From Meiothermus sp. (GTDB taxonomy: Bacteria; Deinococcota; Deinococci; Deinococcales; Thermaceae): a stretch of 64,000 bases of DNA. Positions 12,262-22,528 of the stretch are shown piece by piece. Position 1 is the stretch's first letter, and every line of letters starts with the position of its first letter. The stretch covers positions 1-64,000 of the forward strand of contig JANRLD010000053.1 in the NCBI GenBank assembly GCA_033762915.1, read 5' to 3'. Both the position numbers and the translations under genes were made by a program. The notes beneath the pieces are model-generated. The model saw only the letters and a list, made by a program, of their open reading frames with translations, was not told the DNA's origin and searched no databases.

Positions 12262-14664
12262 TCATCTCGGCCTGAGCCGCACGATCGAGCCGTTGTCGCT
12301 CGAGAGGTAGAGCGTCCCGTCCGGCGCAGCGGCGATGTCGCGCAGCCTAAGCGGTGCGTTGGAGAGCAGGGGGTCGGGGAGCAAGGGGGGGTCAATCAGA
12401 ACCTCGTCGCCGGTAATCTGGTCGCCGCTGACCGTCATGCGGTACAGGCGGCCGGTGCGCAGGGTGACGAACAGCACGTCGCCCCGCCACTGCGGGAAGG
12501 CCGCGCCCTGGTAGAACAACAGGTCGCTAACGGCGACGCCTCGAGCCGGGTCGTACTCGCGCAGGGCGGGCTGGTAGTTCTGGGCGGTGAGGGTAGGGCT
12601 GGCCCCGGCGACGCAGTCGAAGGTCTGGGTGCCGCCCCACTCCCGGGCGGTGAAAGAAGTGCCAAAGGGCTGCGTCCCCTGGCAGTGAGGCCAGCCATAG
12701 TTGCGGCCGGGTCGGATGATGTTGATCTCGTCGCGGGTGTAGGGGCCATGCTCGGTAGACCATAGAAGCCCCGTCCCCGGCTGGAAGGCCAGGCCCTGGG
12801 GGTTGCGGTGGCCGATGCTCCAGACGGGGCTGTGGGTGGTGGGGTCGTTGTCCCAGTCGGGGTTGTCGGCGGGCACGGTGCCATCGAGCGCGACCCGCAG
12901 AATCTTGCCGGAGAGGCGATCGGGGCGCTGCGAGCCCTCGGTGACAGCCCCCTCGCCGGTCGAGGCGTAGAGGTGGCCGTCGTGCACCGCCACCCGGCAG
13001 CCGGAGTGCACGTCGGTGCCCTCGATGCGGTCGATCATCACCACCTCGTTGGTCAGGGCGTTGCCGGCGAGCTCGAGCCGGCTGACCCGCACAAAGCGGT
13101 TCTCTGGCCGCTGCACCCCGTCCAGCCAGTAGGCATAGCAGACGTACAGGCGGCGGTTGTCGGCGAACTGGGGGTCGAGTTCCATCCCCATCGCGCCGCC
13201 CTCGTTGTATCGACCCTCCTGCCCCGTCCGCACCGCGATGGGCGGGTCGCTCGAGACGGGGGTGACCTCGCCGGTGCTCAAGTCCAGGCGGCCCAGCTGC
13301 AGCCTGGGCTGGTTGCGCAGGGTGTAGAGCAGCGCCCCGTCGGGGGTGAAGTTAAGGCTCCAGGGAATGTCGCCGATGTTCTCGAGCACCGTCTCTTGCG
13401 TGAAAGGCGCCGGCCTGGTGGTCAGGGTGAGGGCGGCCCAGTCGCTGCTGCCGCCGGCGTTGTTGCTGCGCAGGCGGTAGGTATAGGTGGTGCCCGCTTC
13501 CAGGCCCACCTCCTCGAGGCGATTGCCGGCCGGGCTGAGGCTTGTCCAGCTCTCGGGGGTGCGGCCCAGGCCGCGCTCGAGGGTATAGGAGGTGGCCTCG
13601 AGCACCGGCTCCCAGCGCAGGGTCAGGCGGTGGTAGCCGGGCTCGGTGCTGCTCAGGGTCGGGGCGACCGGTGCGACCGCGCAGGCGGTCTGACCGGCGG
13701 GGAAGGCCCCCAGCACAGCCAGCGGCTCGCTCAGGCTGCCCGCCGTGACCGCCCGGCAGAGCTGGCGTCGGTTGGCCCCGGCGTAGCGGCTGCCGGCGAG
13801 GACGCGGGCCTCGGGGAGGGCCGCGAGGGCCAGGCTGCCCTCGGCCAAGCCCGCCACCGTGCCCAGGTTCTGCTCCTCGAGGCTTTGCGCGACCGCCGGA
13901 CCCAGACCGCTGCCCACCACAAAGCGCAGCACCAGGGTATCGGGGGCCAGGGCCCGGTCCTGGGGGCGCGGGAAGGCGAAGGCCAGTGCCACGAAGCCGC
14001 GCTCACCGGGGCCGATGCGGCCGGGCTGGGCCGCGAAGGCGTACTGCAAGGGCTCGGCCCCGCTCAGGCCGAGGGCCGGGAGGGCGGCCCCAACCTCCTG
14101 CACCTCGGCCGGGGTGAGCCACTGGAGGTGGGCCATTCCGGGTGCGACGGCGGCCTCGAGTCCGGCTCCGGCCATGGCCTGGGCGGGGCGGACACGCCGG
14201 GCGAAGTCGGGGTCGGAAAGGGCGGCCCCGGTGACAGTCTCGATTCGGCTGAATGCGGTCCCGCCCAGCGTGACCCCCGGCTGGTTGAGTGCGTACAGGG
14301 CCAGCGGGCTAAAGGCGGCAGCGGTGGTGTTGCTGACCTCGAGCACCGCCGTGACATAGCGGGCGGCCTCGCCGTCCCGGTACATGTCGAGCACCTGCAC
14401 GCTGCGGCTGGTGAAGCCGGGCAGCTCCGCCGCGAGGGTAACCGCCTGCGGACTCACCCCCTCGGGGCCATCGGCCCAGCCGGCCCGGGCAACCGGCGAA
14501 CCGCCCCCGAGGCCCGATATCCGGACCTCCAGCAGCCCCACCGCCGGGGCCGCCGGGCCGGAGGAGGCGGGGGGTGCGTTACGGGGGCTCGAGGCGCAGG
14601 CCGCAAGGAGCAGCAGGCCCCCCAAAATGAGGATTTTATGGGGATAATTGCCGTGCTTGGGCAT
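12262..14664 (-). CDS. Lipoprotein with fibronectin-III domain and C-terminal PQQ-dependent glucose/sorbosone dehydrogenase domain
   Basis: Lipobox LLLAAC; FN3 (W..Y..LEAGTTYTYRL); GSDH motifs PW, H.GCR, GKILR, GHRNPQGL, TEHGP, DEIN, NYGWP, RLRD. Confidence 0.8.
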   Translation of the reverse strand: MPKHGNYPHKILILGGLLLLAACASSPRNAPPASSGPAAPAVGLLEVRISGLGGGSPVARAGWADGPEGVSPQAVTLAAELPGFTSRSVQVLDMYRDGEAARYVTAVLEVSNTTAAAFSPLALYALNQPGVTLGGTAFSRIETVTGAALSDPDFARRVRPAQAMAGAGLEAAVAPGMAHLQWLTPAEVQEVGAALPALGLSGAEPLQYAFAAQPGRIGPGERGFVALAFAFPRPQDRALAPDTLVLRFVVGSGLGPAVAQSLEEQNLGTVAGLAEGSLALAALPEARVLAGSRYAGANRRQLCRAVTAGSLSEPLAVLGAFPAGQTACAVAPVAPTLSSTEPGYHRLTLRWEPVLEATSYTLERGLGRTPESWTSLSPAGNRLEEVGLEAGTTYTYRLRSNNAGGSSDWAALTLTTRPAPFTQETVLENIGDIPWSLNFTPDGALLYTLRNQPRLQLGRLDLSTGEVTPVSSDPPIAVRTGQEGRYNEGGAMGMELDPQFADNRRLYVCYAYWLDGVQRPENRFVRVSRLELAGNALTNEVVMIDRIEGTDVHSGCRVAVHDGHLYASTGEGAVTEGSQRPDRLSGKILRVALDGTVPADNPDWDNDPTTHSPVWSIGHRNPQGLAFQPGTGLLWSTEHGPYTRDEINIIRPGRNYGWPHCQGTQPFGTSFTAREWGGTQTFDCVAGASPTLTAQNYQPALREYDPARGVAVSDLLFYQGAAFPQWRGDVLFVTLRTGRLYRMTVSGDQITGDEVLIDPPLLPDPLLSNAPLRLRDIAAAPDGTLYLSSDNGSIVRLRPR

Positions 14665-14713
14665 CCCCCAATTATGCCCAAGGGGTCGCCCCACAGGTCT
14701 CACAATTAACGCC

Positions 14714-14731
14714 TGTAACGTTTTCGTTACA
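14714..14731. promoter_or_regulatory. Operator-like palindrome TGTAACG-TTTT-CGTTACA
   Basis: Perfect inverted repeat ~50 bp upstream of the dehydrogenase lipoprotein gene. Confidence 0.5.
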
Positions 14732-14831
14732 TATAAACGTTACCTCAGGAATCGCGCCGGGGAAGAGGTTTGCACGGCGCGAACAGCGGAAAGCCTGTTC
14801 TCGAGGGCTTATGCGGGGCGTAACGCCTTCG

Positions 14832-16949
14832 CTATAACCGCTCGAGGCCCGCGAATTTCACCGCCAGCTTCTTCAGCCCGGTGCCGGGGAACATCACCGT
14901 GACCTCGCCGCCCAGGGCCGCCACCACCGTCCCCTCGCCAAACTTGGGGTGCCTGACCCGCTCGCCGCCCCGGAATTCGGCCAGCACCGTGCGGGGCTTG
15001 GGCTCGGAGGGGCGGGCGTAGCTCACCACCGGCACATTGGCGTCCCCGAAGGCCGAGACCTCCTTGAGCAGGTCCAGGGGGATGTCCTCCAGAAACCGGC
15101 TGGGCCGGGTGAACTCGCGCTTGCCGTAGGTCTCGCGCTCCTCGGCGTAGGTCAGGTAGAGGGTCTCCTGGGCACGGGTGATGCCGACGTAGAACAAGCG
15201 ACGCTCCTCCTCGAACTCCTCGAGGCGGTTCTGGCTGTTGCGGTGGGGCAGCAGGTTCTCCTCCAGGCCCACCAGGAAAACCGTGGGGAACTCGAGGCCC
15301 TTGGCGTTGTGCAGGGTCATGGCCGTTACCGACTCCTCGGGGGCGTCCTGGGGCTCCTCGGCCTTCGCGGTGAGGGCTACAGAGTCCAGGAAGTCGGCCA
15401 GGGTACCCGCCTCTTCCTCTTCCCAGTCGCGGGCAGCCTGCAGCAGCTCCTCCACGTTCTGCAGCCGGTCCTCGCCGTCGGGCTCTTGCTTGAGGAAGTC
15501 GCGGAAGCCGGTCTCGTCCATCACCCGCTCGAAGAAGGACACCGGGCCGGTCTCGTAGGCAGCCTCCATCAGGCCCTCGAGCAGCCCCACAAAGGCCTGC
15601 ACCTGCTGCGGGCGGCTGACCACAGCTTCGGCATGGCGGAAGGCGTCCATGACCGAGATGCCGGTCTTCTGGGCGTGTTCGACCAGCTTGGCCACGGTGC
15701 TGGCCCCGATGCCCCTGGTGGGCGTATTCACGATGCGGCGCAGCCCGATGGCGTCGAGGGGGTTGACCGCCACCCGCCCGTAGGCCAGCAGGTCCTTGAT
15801 CTCGCGCCGCTCGAAGAACCCCACCGCTCCCACCAGCTTGATGGGCACGTTGGCGCGGCGCAGGTGTTCCTCGAACAGGCGGGACTGGGCGTTGGTGCGG
15901 TAGAGGATGGCGGTGCTCTTGAAGTTGCCGCGCCGGGCGATCTCCCGTGCCACGAAGGCGGCTTCCTCGCGGGCGTTGGGGGCGCGGTAGAGGCGCACCG
16001 GCTCGCCGCCGTCCTTCACCGCCCGCAGGGTCTTGTCGAGGCGCTGGGTGTTCTGCTCGATGACCGCGTTGGCGATCTGGAGGATGTTGGCGGTGGAACG
16101 GTAGTTCTGCTCGAGGCGGATGACCCTGGCGCCGGGGTAGTCCTTGGAGAAGTCCAGGATGTTGTTGATGTCGGCGTTTCTAAAGCTGTAGATACTCTGG
16201 TCGGGGTCGCCCACGACCATCAAATTGGGCTTCTCGCCCGCCAGCAGCTTGGTGATCTGGTACTGCACCGGGTTGGTGTCCTGGTACTCGTCGACGTGCA
16301 CGAACCGCGCCCGCTGCTGCACCTTACGCAGCACACCCTCGTTGCCTTCAAACAGTTCGATGGTCAGGAGCAACAGGTCGTTGAAGTCCACCGCGCCCTG
16401 GGCCTTCATGGCGGCCTGGTAGCGCCGGTAGATCTCGGCGGCCACGTCCTGCGGCACCCCACCGATGAAGTCCGGCGCGTCCTTGAGGTAGGCCGAGAGG
16501 CCGCCGCCCTTGTTCTTGATGCGGTCCAGCATGGCCTTGAAGGGGCCGGGCTTGGCCTCGACCTCGAGCTCTTTGAGTATCTCCTTCAAGAGGCTCCCCT
16601 GGTCGTCGTCGTCGTAGACCACGAAGCCCGACTTAAGGCCCACGAACTCCCCATAGACCCGCAGAATCCGCAGCGCCGAGGAGTGGAAGGTGCTCACCCA
16701 CAAGTCCTTCGAGGCCCCGCCCACCATCTGGTGCAGGCGTTCCTTCATCTCCCCCGCCGCCTTGTTGGTAAAGGTGACGGCCAGAATCTCGCCTGGATAG
16801 ACCCCACGCTCGCGCAGCAGATAGGCGATGCGGTGCACCACCGTCTTGGTCTTGCCCGAGCCCGCGCCCGCGATCACCAGGGCCGGGCCCTCGAAGTGCC
16901 GCACCGCTTCTTGCTGGGAGGGGTTGAGGGAGGAGAGGAGGTCTGACAC
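14832..16949 (-). CDS. pcrA: PcrA/UvrD DNA helicase
   Basis: AGAGSGKT, TFTNKAA, VDEYQDTN, VGDPDQSIY, NYRS, TLHNAKGLEF, EERRLFYVGITRA, C-terminal Tudor domain. Confidence 0.95.
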   Translation of the reverse strand: MSDLLSSLNPSQQEAVRHFEGPALVIAGAGSGKTKTVVHRIAYLLRERGVYPGEILAVTFTNKAAGEMKERLHQMVGGASKDLWVSTFHSSALRILRVYGEFVGLKSGFVVYDDDDQGSLLKEILKELEVEAKPGPFKAMLDRIKNKGGGLSAYLKDAPDFIGGVPQDVAAEIYRRYQAAMKAQGAVDFNDLLLLTIELFEGNEGVLRKVQQRARFVHVDEYQDTNPVQYQITKLLAGEKPNLMVVGDPDQSIYSFRNADINNILDFSKDYPGARVIRLEQNYRSTANILQIANAVIEQNTQRLDKTLRAVKDGGEPVRLYRAPNAREEAAFVAREIARRGNFKSTAILYRTNAQSRLFEEHLRRANVPIKLVGAVGFFERREIKDLLAYGRVAVNPLDAIGLRRIVNTPTRGIGASTVAKLVEHAQKTGISVMDAFRHAEAVVSRPQQVQAFVGLLEGLMEAAYETGPVSFFERVMDETGFRDFLKQEPDGEDRLQNVEELLQAARDWEEEEAGTLADFLDSVALTAKAEEPQDAPEESVTAMTLHNAKGLEFPTVFLVGLEENLLPHRNSQNRLEEFEEERRLFYVGITRAQETLYLTYAEERETYGKREFTRPSRFLEDIPLDLLKEVSAFGDANVPVVSYARPSEPKPRTVLAEFRGGERVRHPKFGEGTVVAALGGEVTVMFPGTGLKKLAVKFAGLERL

Positions 16950-17167
16950 AACCGGAAGAGTCTAACATTCTGCCCAGAACAGATAGTGAGCCTGTGGGGC
17001 GGGGAAGTGGGGAGAAGAGGCGATTTGGGGGTATTATTTTCGAGGAAAAATCGGACGGTGGAGGCTCGAGGGCACAGGCCAGTAGCAGTTAGCGGATTGT
17101 AGTTAGCTCAAGACGAACAGCCAACCGCCTTCGTCCTTTAAGCCTCAACCTTCAACACGAGGTAAAC

Positions 17168-18832
17168 ATGCGCTCAGACATCATCAAGAAAGGCCCGCAA
17201 CAGTCGCCCGCCAGGGCCATGCTCCGCGCCGTGGGGATCGGCGACGAGGAGTTCAAGATTCCCTGGGTAGGGATTGTGAACACCTGGACGGAAGGCATGC
17301 CCTGCAACTTCCACCTGCGCGACCTCGCCGCCGACCTCAAAATCGGCGCCAAGCAGGCGGGCTTCCAGACCTTCGAGTTCGGGGCTCCCGCCATCTCCGA
17401 CGGCATCAGCATGGGCACCATCGGGATGCGCTCGAGCCTGGTCAGCCGCGAGGTCATCGCTGACTCGATCGAGCTGATCTCGCAGGGCTACCTCTACGAC
17501 GGCATGGTGGCGCTGGTGGCCTGCGACAAGACCAACCCCGGCGGCATGATGGGCGTGATCCGCGCCGACGTGCCCAGCCTGGTGCTCTACGGCGGCTCCA
17601 TCGCGCCCGGCTACCTGAACGGCAAAGCCCAAACCGTGGTGAGCGTGTTCGAGGCCGTTGGCCAGCACGCAGCGGGCAAGATTGACGACGGTCAGCTCGA
17701 GCAGGTCGAGCGTACCGCCATCCCCGGCGCGGGGGCCTGCGGCGGGCAGTACACCGCCAACACCATGGCCATGGTCTTGGAGGTGATGGGCTTCTCCCCC
17801 ATCGGCTACAACGCCATCCCAGCGGTCGCGCCGGAGAAAAAAGAGGCCGGGCGCAAGGCCATGAAGGTGCTGGCCGAGGCCATCAAGGCCGGCCGCACCC
17901 CCAAGAGCTTCCTGACCAAAAAGAGCTTCACCAACGCGATTGCGGCAGTGGCAGCCACCGGCGGCTCCACCAACGCGGTGCTGCACCTGCTGGCCATTGC
18001 CAAGGAAGCCGGGATTAAGCTGACCCTCGAGGAGTTCGACAAAATCTCGCGCAAGACCCCGGTCATCGCCGACATGCGCCCCTGGGGCCAGTACACCGCC
18101 TGGGAACTTTACGAGGCCGGCGGCATCCCGCTGATTATTCGCCGCCTGATTGAAGGTGGGCTGATCGACGGCGACCAGATGACGGTAACCGGCAAGACCC
18201 TCTGGCAAGAGACCTCCAAGGCCAAGGAGACCAAGGGCCAGAAGGTAGTGGTCAAGGCCGAGAAGGCCTTTAAGGCCGAGGGCGGTTTGCGCGTCCTCAA
18301 GGGCTCGCTGGCCCCGGACGGCGCGGTGCTCAAGCTGGCCGGCACCGAGACCAAGGTGCACCGCGGCCCTGCCCGGGTCTTCGACGGCGAGCAGGGCGCG
18401 ATGAAGGCCGTGCTGAAGAAGCAGATCAAGCCCGGCGACGTGGTTGTGATTCGCTACGAAGGCCCCAAGGGCGCCCCGGGCATGCCCGAGATGCTCTCCG
18501 TCACCTCGGCGCTGGTGGGCGAGGGGCTTGGCCCCCACGTGGCCCTGGTGACCGACGGGCGCTTCAGCGGCGGCACCAAGGGCCTGATGATCGGCCATGT
18601 GGCCCCCGAGGCCCAGGTGGGCGGCCCCATCGCCCTAATCAAAGAGGGCGACATGATTTCGATTGATTGCGACAAGGGGGTATTGAACCTCGAGGTCAGT
18701 GTCACCGAACTCGCCAAGCGGGCCAAAGCCTGGAAAGCCCCCAAGCCCCACTACAAGGCTGGGCTCTTTGCCCGGTACGCCGCGCTGGTGAGCAGTGCGC
18801 GGGAAGGGGCGGTGCTGGTAAAGCCGGATTAA
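17168..18832 (+). CDS. ilvD: Dihydroxy-acid dehydratase
   Basis: [51 protein letters not shown]. Confidence 0.97.
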   Translation: MRSDIIKKGPQQSPARAMLRAVGIGDEEFKIPWVGIVNTWTEGMPCNFHLRDLAADLKIGAKQAGFQTFEFGAPAISDGISMGTIGMRSSLVSREVIADSIELISQGYLYDGMVALVACDKTNPGGMMGVIRADVPSLVLYGGSIAPGYLNGKAQTVVSVFEAVGQHAAGKIDDGQLEQVERTAIPGAGACGGQYTANTMAMVLEVMGFSPIGYNAIPAVAPEKKEAGRKAMKVLAEAIKAGRTPKSFLTKKSFTNAIAAVAATGGSTNAVLHLLAIAKEAGIKLTLEEFDKISRKTPVIADMRPWGQYTAWELYEAGGIPLIIRRLIEGGLIDGDQMTVTGKTLWQETSKAKETKGQKVVVKAEKAFKAEGGLRVLKGSLAPDGAVLKLAGTETKVHRGPARVFDGEQGAMKAVLKKQIKPGDVVVIRYEGPKGAPGMPEMLSVTSALVGEGLGPHVALVTDGRFSGGTKGLMIGHVAPEAQVGGPIALIKEGDMISIDCDKGVLNLEVSVTELAKRAKAWKAPKPHYKAGLFARYAALVSSAREGAVLVKPD

Positions 18833-18851
18833 CGGGCGGCCGGGGCGAAGT

Positions 18852-19049
18852 ATGGGTGAGAACAAGAAGAATCGTAGGGTGATCGAGGCTTTGCAGGAAC
18901 ATATTGCACAACACGAGCGAAAAATTGCAGAAGAATTAGCCAAGCCTGAGCCCAATTCGGGTGTGATCGCACACTGGGAAACCGAGATTCGTGCTGCAAT
19001 GAAAACCATAAGCCGTCGCTCTAAGCGCCTGCCTGGAGGCCGCAGATGA
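18852..19049 (+). CDS. Small basic hypothetical protein (65 aa)
   Basis: H..KI..E..KP.P....I.HW..EI pattern; ATGA overlap with next gene. Confidence 0.65.
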   Translation: MGENKKNRRVIEALQEHIAQHERKIAEELAKPEPNSGVIAHWETEIRAAMKTISRRSKRLPGGRR

Positions 19050-19273
19050 TTACCCATAGCCTTGAACAACTCAAGCAAAGCAACCTTATCTTGCTCGAGG
19101 AGTTGGGCGAGCATTGCCGGGATTATCTAGCGGCGCTCGAGGCGTGGCAGAAAGACACCTCCGACCAGGAGCTACGCGGGACCCTCGAGGCGGCAGCCTT
19201 GCAGCTCAAGTTCCACATGGACGCCCTCACGCCAAGCCTCGAGCTTGAAGATGAGTTAAGTGACGGGGATTAG
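19046..19273 (+). CDS. Small acidic helical hypothetical protein (75 aa)
   Basis: Translationally coupled to 18852-19049. Confidence 0.6.
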   Translation: MITHSLEQLKQSNLILLEELGEHCRDYLAALEAWQKDTSDQELRGTLEAAALQLKFHMDALTPSLELEDELSDGD

Positions 19274-19274
19274 G

Positions 19275-19418
19275 CTCGAGGTCTCCGAGACCGAACTGGC
19301 CAAGCGGGCCAAAGCCTGGAAAGCCCCCAAGCCCCACTACAAGGCCGGGCTCTTTGCCTGGTACGCCGCGCTGGTGAGCAGTGCGCGGGAAGGGGCGGTG
19401 CTGGTAAAGCCGGATTAA
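19275..19418 (+). pseudogene. ilvD: Duplicate of ilvD 3' end (copy 2, 144 bp)
   Basis: Matches 18689-18832, starting at CTCGAG and running to TAA. Confidence 0.95.
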
Positions 19419-19473
19419 CGATTGAGTTAAGCCGCCACTGCGAAGTGGGGTCGGATTGATCGATATGTTAGGC
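19413..19473 (-). mobile_element. Integron attC site (61 bp)
   Basis: Minus strand GCCTAAC-ATATCGATCAATCCGACCCCACTTCGCAGTGGCGGCTTAACTCAATC-GTTAATC, resembling short aadA-type attC. Confidence 0.8.
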
Positions 19474-19482
19474 CGTACTTTT

Positions 19483-19923
19483 TCAAGAATCACGTCGCGA
19501 ATTAATTGATAAAAACAGAATGGTAATGACTGTAGGCATGATGAATCCTTTCAGGTATGAGAGAGGATGTTTGCCTTCTAGGAAACGAAATGGAAGGTCA
19601 AAGAAATACGCCCAGTAGTGCGTTGCGACAAGCGCAAATATGGCAGCCCACATGCCGTACAAGCCAAGCCGCCAATTCATGGCCACTAAAAGCAAGCTGC
19701 TAATGATTAAAACGCGAAGAATGGATTGTACATGCCTATATAGATCGTATGTGCTGGTATTTCCGACGTCATACATATCTGTGCCAGAGCCAAGATATAA
19801 GTCGTAGAGAGTATGTATGTGATAGTAAATGAAGAATCCCGCGAGCGTGTAAATTATCAATCGCCTAACATCGAAAAATCCGCCATCGAAAAATCCGCCA
19901 AGTATTTGCATGTGCGTTACCAC
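19483..19923 (-). CDS. AT-rich membrane protein, integron cassette gene
   Basis: 3-4 hydrophobic segments; preceded by GTTAGGC (19959-19953), followed by attC. Confidence 0.75.
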   Translation of the reverse strand: MVTHMQILGGFFDGGFFDVRRLIIYTLAGFFIYYHIHTLYDLYLGSGTDMYDVGNTSTYDLYRHVQSILRVLIISSLLLVAMNWRLGLYGMWAAIFALVATHYWAYFFDLPFRFLEGKHPLSYLKGFIMPTVITILFLSINSRRDS

Positions 19924-20373
19924 TCCTCGCGGGACTGTGTGGCCTGAGTGCGGCCTAACGATTGTTTAAACCGCACTTGCTGGTTATCACTCCGAGGGCA
20001 GAGATAAACCGCTGTGTCAGCAGCCGAGGGCCTTAGCCGTATCTCATTTTTTGCCTCTTTTTCCACCGCTAGAATGTAGAACGTCTACCGTCAAAAAACA
20101 ACTTGCAATTTTGAATGGCTGTCAGAGTAAGAATGCTTCTTCTTCAGTTGTATAGGGTAGGCAGCGCCACCTCGAGGTCGGCCCGCTTCAAGATTGGCTC
20201 GCGGATACTGGCAATCAGCAAGGTGCGGTACACACCGCCATATCGAGGCTGAAGTGCGGTGCTCGAGCACACCTACAGTTGCTTTACCAGCCGCACCTCG
20301 AGCCTCTAATCAACCCCCTCGAGGTATCTGCCGTGAGCCTCGAGCAAAACCAAACGCTCGACCTTCCTCCAAC

Positions 20374-20472
20374 CCGCGTATAATTCCAGCTATGGCGAGG
20401 GTCAACCCGGTACAGCAAAGCACCTTCGAGGAGTACCTCGAGCTTGAAGATGAGTTAAGTGACGGGGATTAG
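20374..20472 (+). pseudogene. Chimera: Uma2 promoter and 5' end fused at CTCGAG to the 3' end of the 75-aa gene
   Basis: CCGCGTATAAT..ATG; MARVNPVQQSTFEEYLELED matches the 7846 gene, then EDELSDGD* matches 19238-19273. Confidence 0.88.
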
Positions 20473-20473
20473 G

Positions 20474-20613
20474 CTCGAGGTCAGTGCCACCGAACTCGCC
20501 AAGCGGGCCAAAGCCTGGAAAGCCCCCAAGCCCCACTACAAGGCTGGGCTCTTTGCCCGGTACGCCGCGCTGGTGAGCAGTGCGCGGGAGGGGGCGGTGC
20601 TGGTAAAGCCGGA
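20474..20613 (+). pseudogene. ilvD: Duplicate of ilvD 3' end (copy 3)
   Basis: Matches 18689-18828 from CTCGAG. Confidence 0.95.
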
Positions 20614-20620
20614 GCAAAGT

Positions 20621-22222
20621 TCAACTAGTGGCCGTAGTTTCAGCCGAAAGCGACCTAATCAGTTGGCTGAGCAAGGAAGCACGTTCAGCGAGAAAGGCAT
20701 CAAAATCATCATCCGAATATATCTCTAGATTGGTTGGCAAGACATTCGATTCAAAAATCTCAACAAGTTGCGACTGTGGAACAAGTGTAAAGATGTAGTC
20801 TGATGGAGCTCTATTTGATATCTGTTTATTCGACCCCGCAGGCAAGAAGCAAAAGTTGCACATAGAGTTTATTTTATCTGTCGAGAATCCTTGTCTCTTC
20901 AAAAATGCTTGTGGAAATATATGATGATACTCTTTCCGATTGAAGCCAGAGAGTGCATCACCCAAATCAACCTTCGCTCCATTTGTTAGATTCAAAGGCA
21001 TCTTTTGGGCCAATGCAAGAAGTAGTGCCCGAGTATAGGGATGGCTCTTGACGAACTTAAGTTTCACAAGTGAATCCTGTGTGATCTCACTTGAATATGC
21101 CTCAATTCCTTTATTATCACCTTCAATTAGCTTCTGCATAAACAAGATATCAGCATTGATCTTGTCATCCGTCTGTGCAGCATACCGTCGTGAAAAAGAA
21201 GTCCTCCAAAACCAGTTCCGTAGGCCTACAAGTTGCCCGGATGAGGGGGTCTTTGCCTTGCTGAAAAAATAAGAAAGAGCTACGACTTGCTGGAGATGAG
21301 GGAGAAGCAGAATCGATTGAATCCTAAACTCGGTTGAGAGAAAATCAATGGCGGCTGAGATAGCCGAACCTACATTCGCAAACTGATCTCTAACTAAAGT
21401 GGCACTGAGTGTCACAATAGTCTTAGTTCGAGCATCTTTTGATAAGACTGCGCCGAGGCATTGGAGAATGATCTTATCTGGCAACTCACCAAAACTCTTC
21501 TCATCAAGCACATCGCTTAAGTCAGCAATCGCCTCTCTTAAGTGAAAGTCCTCACTCCAAGTCCAGGCCACCAATAGATCAAGGGGAGTTAACGTAGTAC
21601 CAGTACTGTTAATGCGTTCAAAAATAGTTCCCACCTCATCTTTGGAACGCTTCGATATAGTGACAACAGGAATTTCATAGTTGTTGATCCTGGACAATAG
21701 ATTCTCTGCTATGACCCACAGATTTTGGTCAATAGGTTTCAGTGAATTGATAAATGCTCTCGTATCCAAAAGACTGGATAGGCTTATGGATGGATGGTCA
21801 TCTTCAACATCCTGTGTCGGAACGAATGCCTCTTCGATAAGATCGAAAGAAATGTCGAAAACACTTGGATCAGAAATTCCCATAGTTTCGGCATCTAAAG
21901 TTCTGTCGAGCGTGAAAACAGCATAGATGCTTGAAAGCCTTTGCTGCCCATCCAGGACATAATTCACAGGATAGGTTGGTTCCCTTTCTGGTAATACCAA
22001 GCCTCCAATGTTCCTCGAGGACTTAAGACGTTCATGTGTGTTCCACAATAGGATACTTCCAATAGGATAGTTTTTATTGATGCTGTCCAAAAGCTCGATT
22101 ATTTGCTCTTGATTCCAGACAAAGCCTCTCTGAAATGCCGGTATCTTGGTATCTCCTTCTCTAATACGATTGACTATCTTATCGATTTTTTGGGCGGACG
22201 GCTGTATCTCTCCGACATTCAT
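20621..22222 (-). CDS. GmrSD-like protein (DUF262 plus C-terminal HNH/DUF1524-like domain), putative anti-phage nuclease
   Basis: [41 protein letters not shown]; much lower GC than flanks. Confidence 0.85.
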   Translation of the reverse strand: MNVGEIQPSAQKIDKIVNRIREGDTKIPAFQRGFVWNQEQIIELLDSINKNYPIGSILLWNTHERLKSSRNIGGLVLPEREPTYPVNYVLDGQQRLSSIYAVFTLDRTLDAETMGISDPSVFDISFDLIEEAFVPTQDVEDDHPSISLSSLLDTRAFINSLKPIDQNLWVIAENLLSRINNYEIPVVTISKRSKDEVGTIFERINSTGTTLTPLDLLVAWTWSEDFHLREAIADLSDVLDEKSFGELPDKIILQCLGAVLSKDARTKTIVTLSATLVRDQFANVGSAISAAIDFLSTEFRIQSILLLPHLQQVVALSYFFSKAKTPSSGQLVGLRNWFWRTSFSRRYAAQTDDKINADILFMQKLIEGDNKGIEAYSSEITQDSLVKLKFVKSHPYTRALLLALAQKMPLNLTNGAKVDLGDALSGFNRKEYHHIFPQAFLKRQGFSTDKINSMCNFCFLPAGSNKQISNRAPSDYIFTLVPQSQLVEIFESNVLPTNLEIYSDDDFDAFLAERASLLSQLIRSLSAETTATS

Positions 22223-22361
22223 ACATACCTCATAGGAATAGCACCTGTTATGAGGAAGCTAACATTTCTTTCGCAATTTTAGTAGTGGGTGTAAGGCTAC
22301 CGCTATGTATTGGTCGGAAGTGGAGAGTTCCAACTCTAGACCTCCTGCCATGCCTCCCTTT

Positions 22362-22528
22362 ATGTACCTACCGCCTCAGCGTACTTGCGAAGTGCCTCGA
22401 GCCTTCCACAAAACATCACAATCCGTATTTGAGCGGTCAGGCGTATACCACTGTCAAGGCCTTGCTTCGTCACCCCGAACCGGGTCACGCCTGAAGGTCC
22501 AGAACCTGATCCCACTCCGCGGCTCGAG
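22362..22528 (-). pseudogene. Duplicate of GNAT gene 3' end plus downstream spacer
   Basis: Matches 23867-24033 (offset 1505); on the minus strand begins at CTCGAG 22528-22523. Confidence 0.92.

Noticed and set aside
19870..19900. 15-bp tandem duplication (GGFFDGGFFD)
   Set aside because: Local slippage, no wider pattern
18689..20613. ilvD repeats as assembly artefact or CRISPR-like array
   Set aside because: Copies differ by codon-level substitutions, are about 140 bp long and are separated by gene-sized inserts
20459..20728. 89-aa ORF resembling IlvD C-terminus
   Set aside because: Only the duplicated fragment running antisense into the GmrSD-like gene
22255..22263. GTTAGCT before the GmrSD-like gene as a cassette start
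   Set aside because: No attC seen at the gene's 3' end
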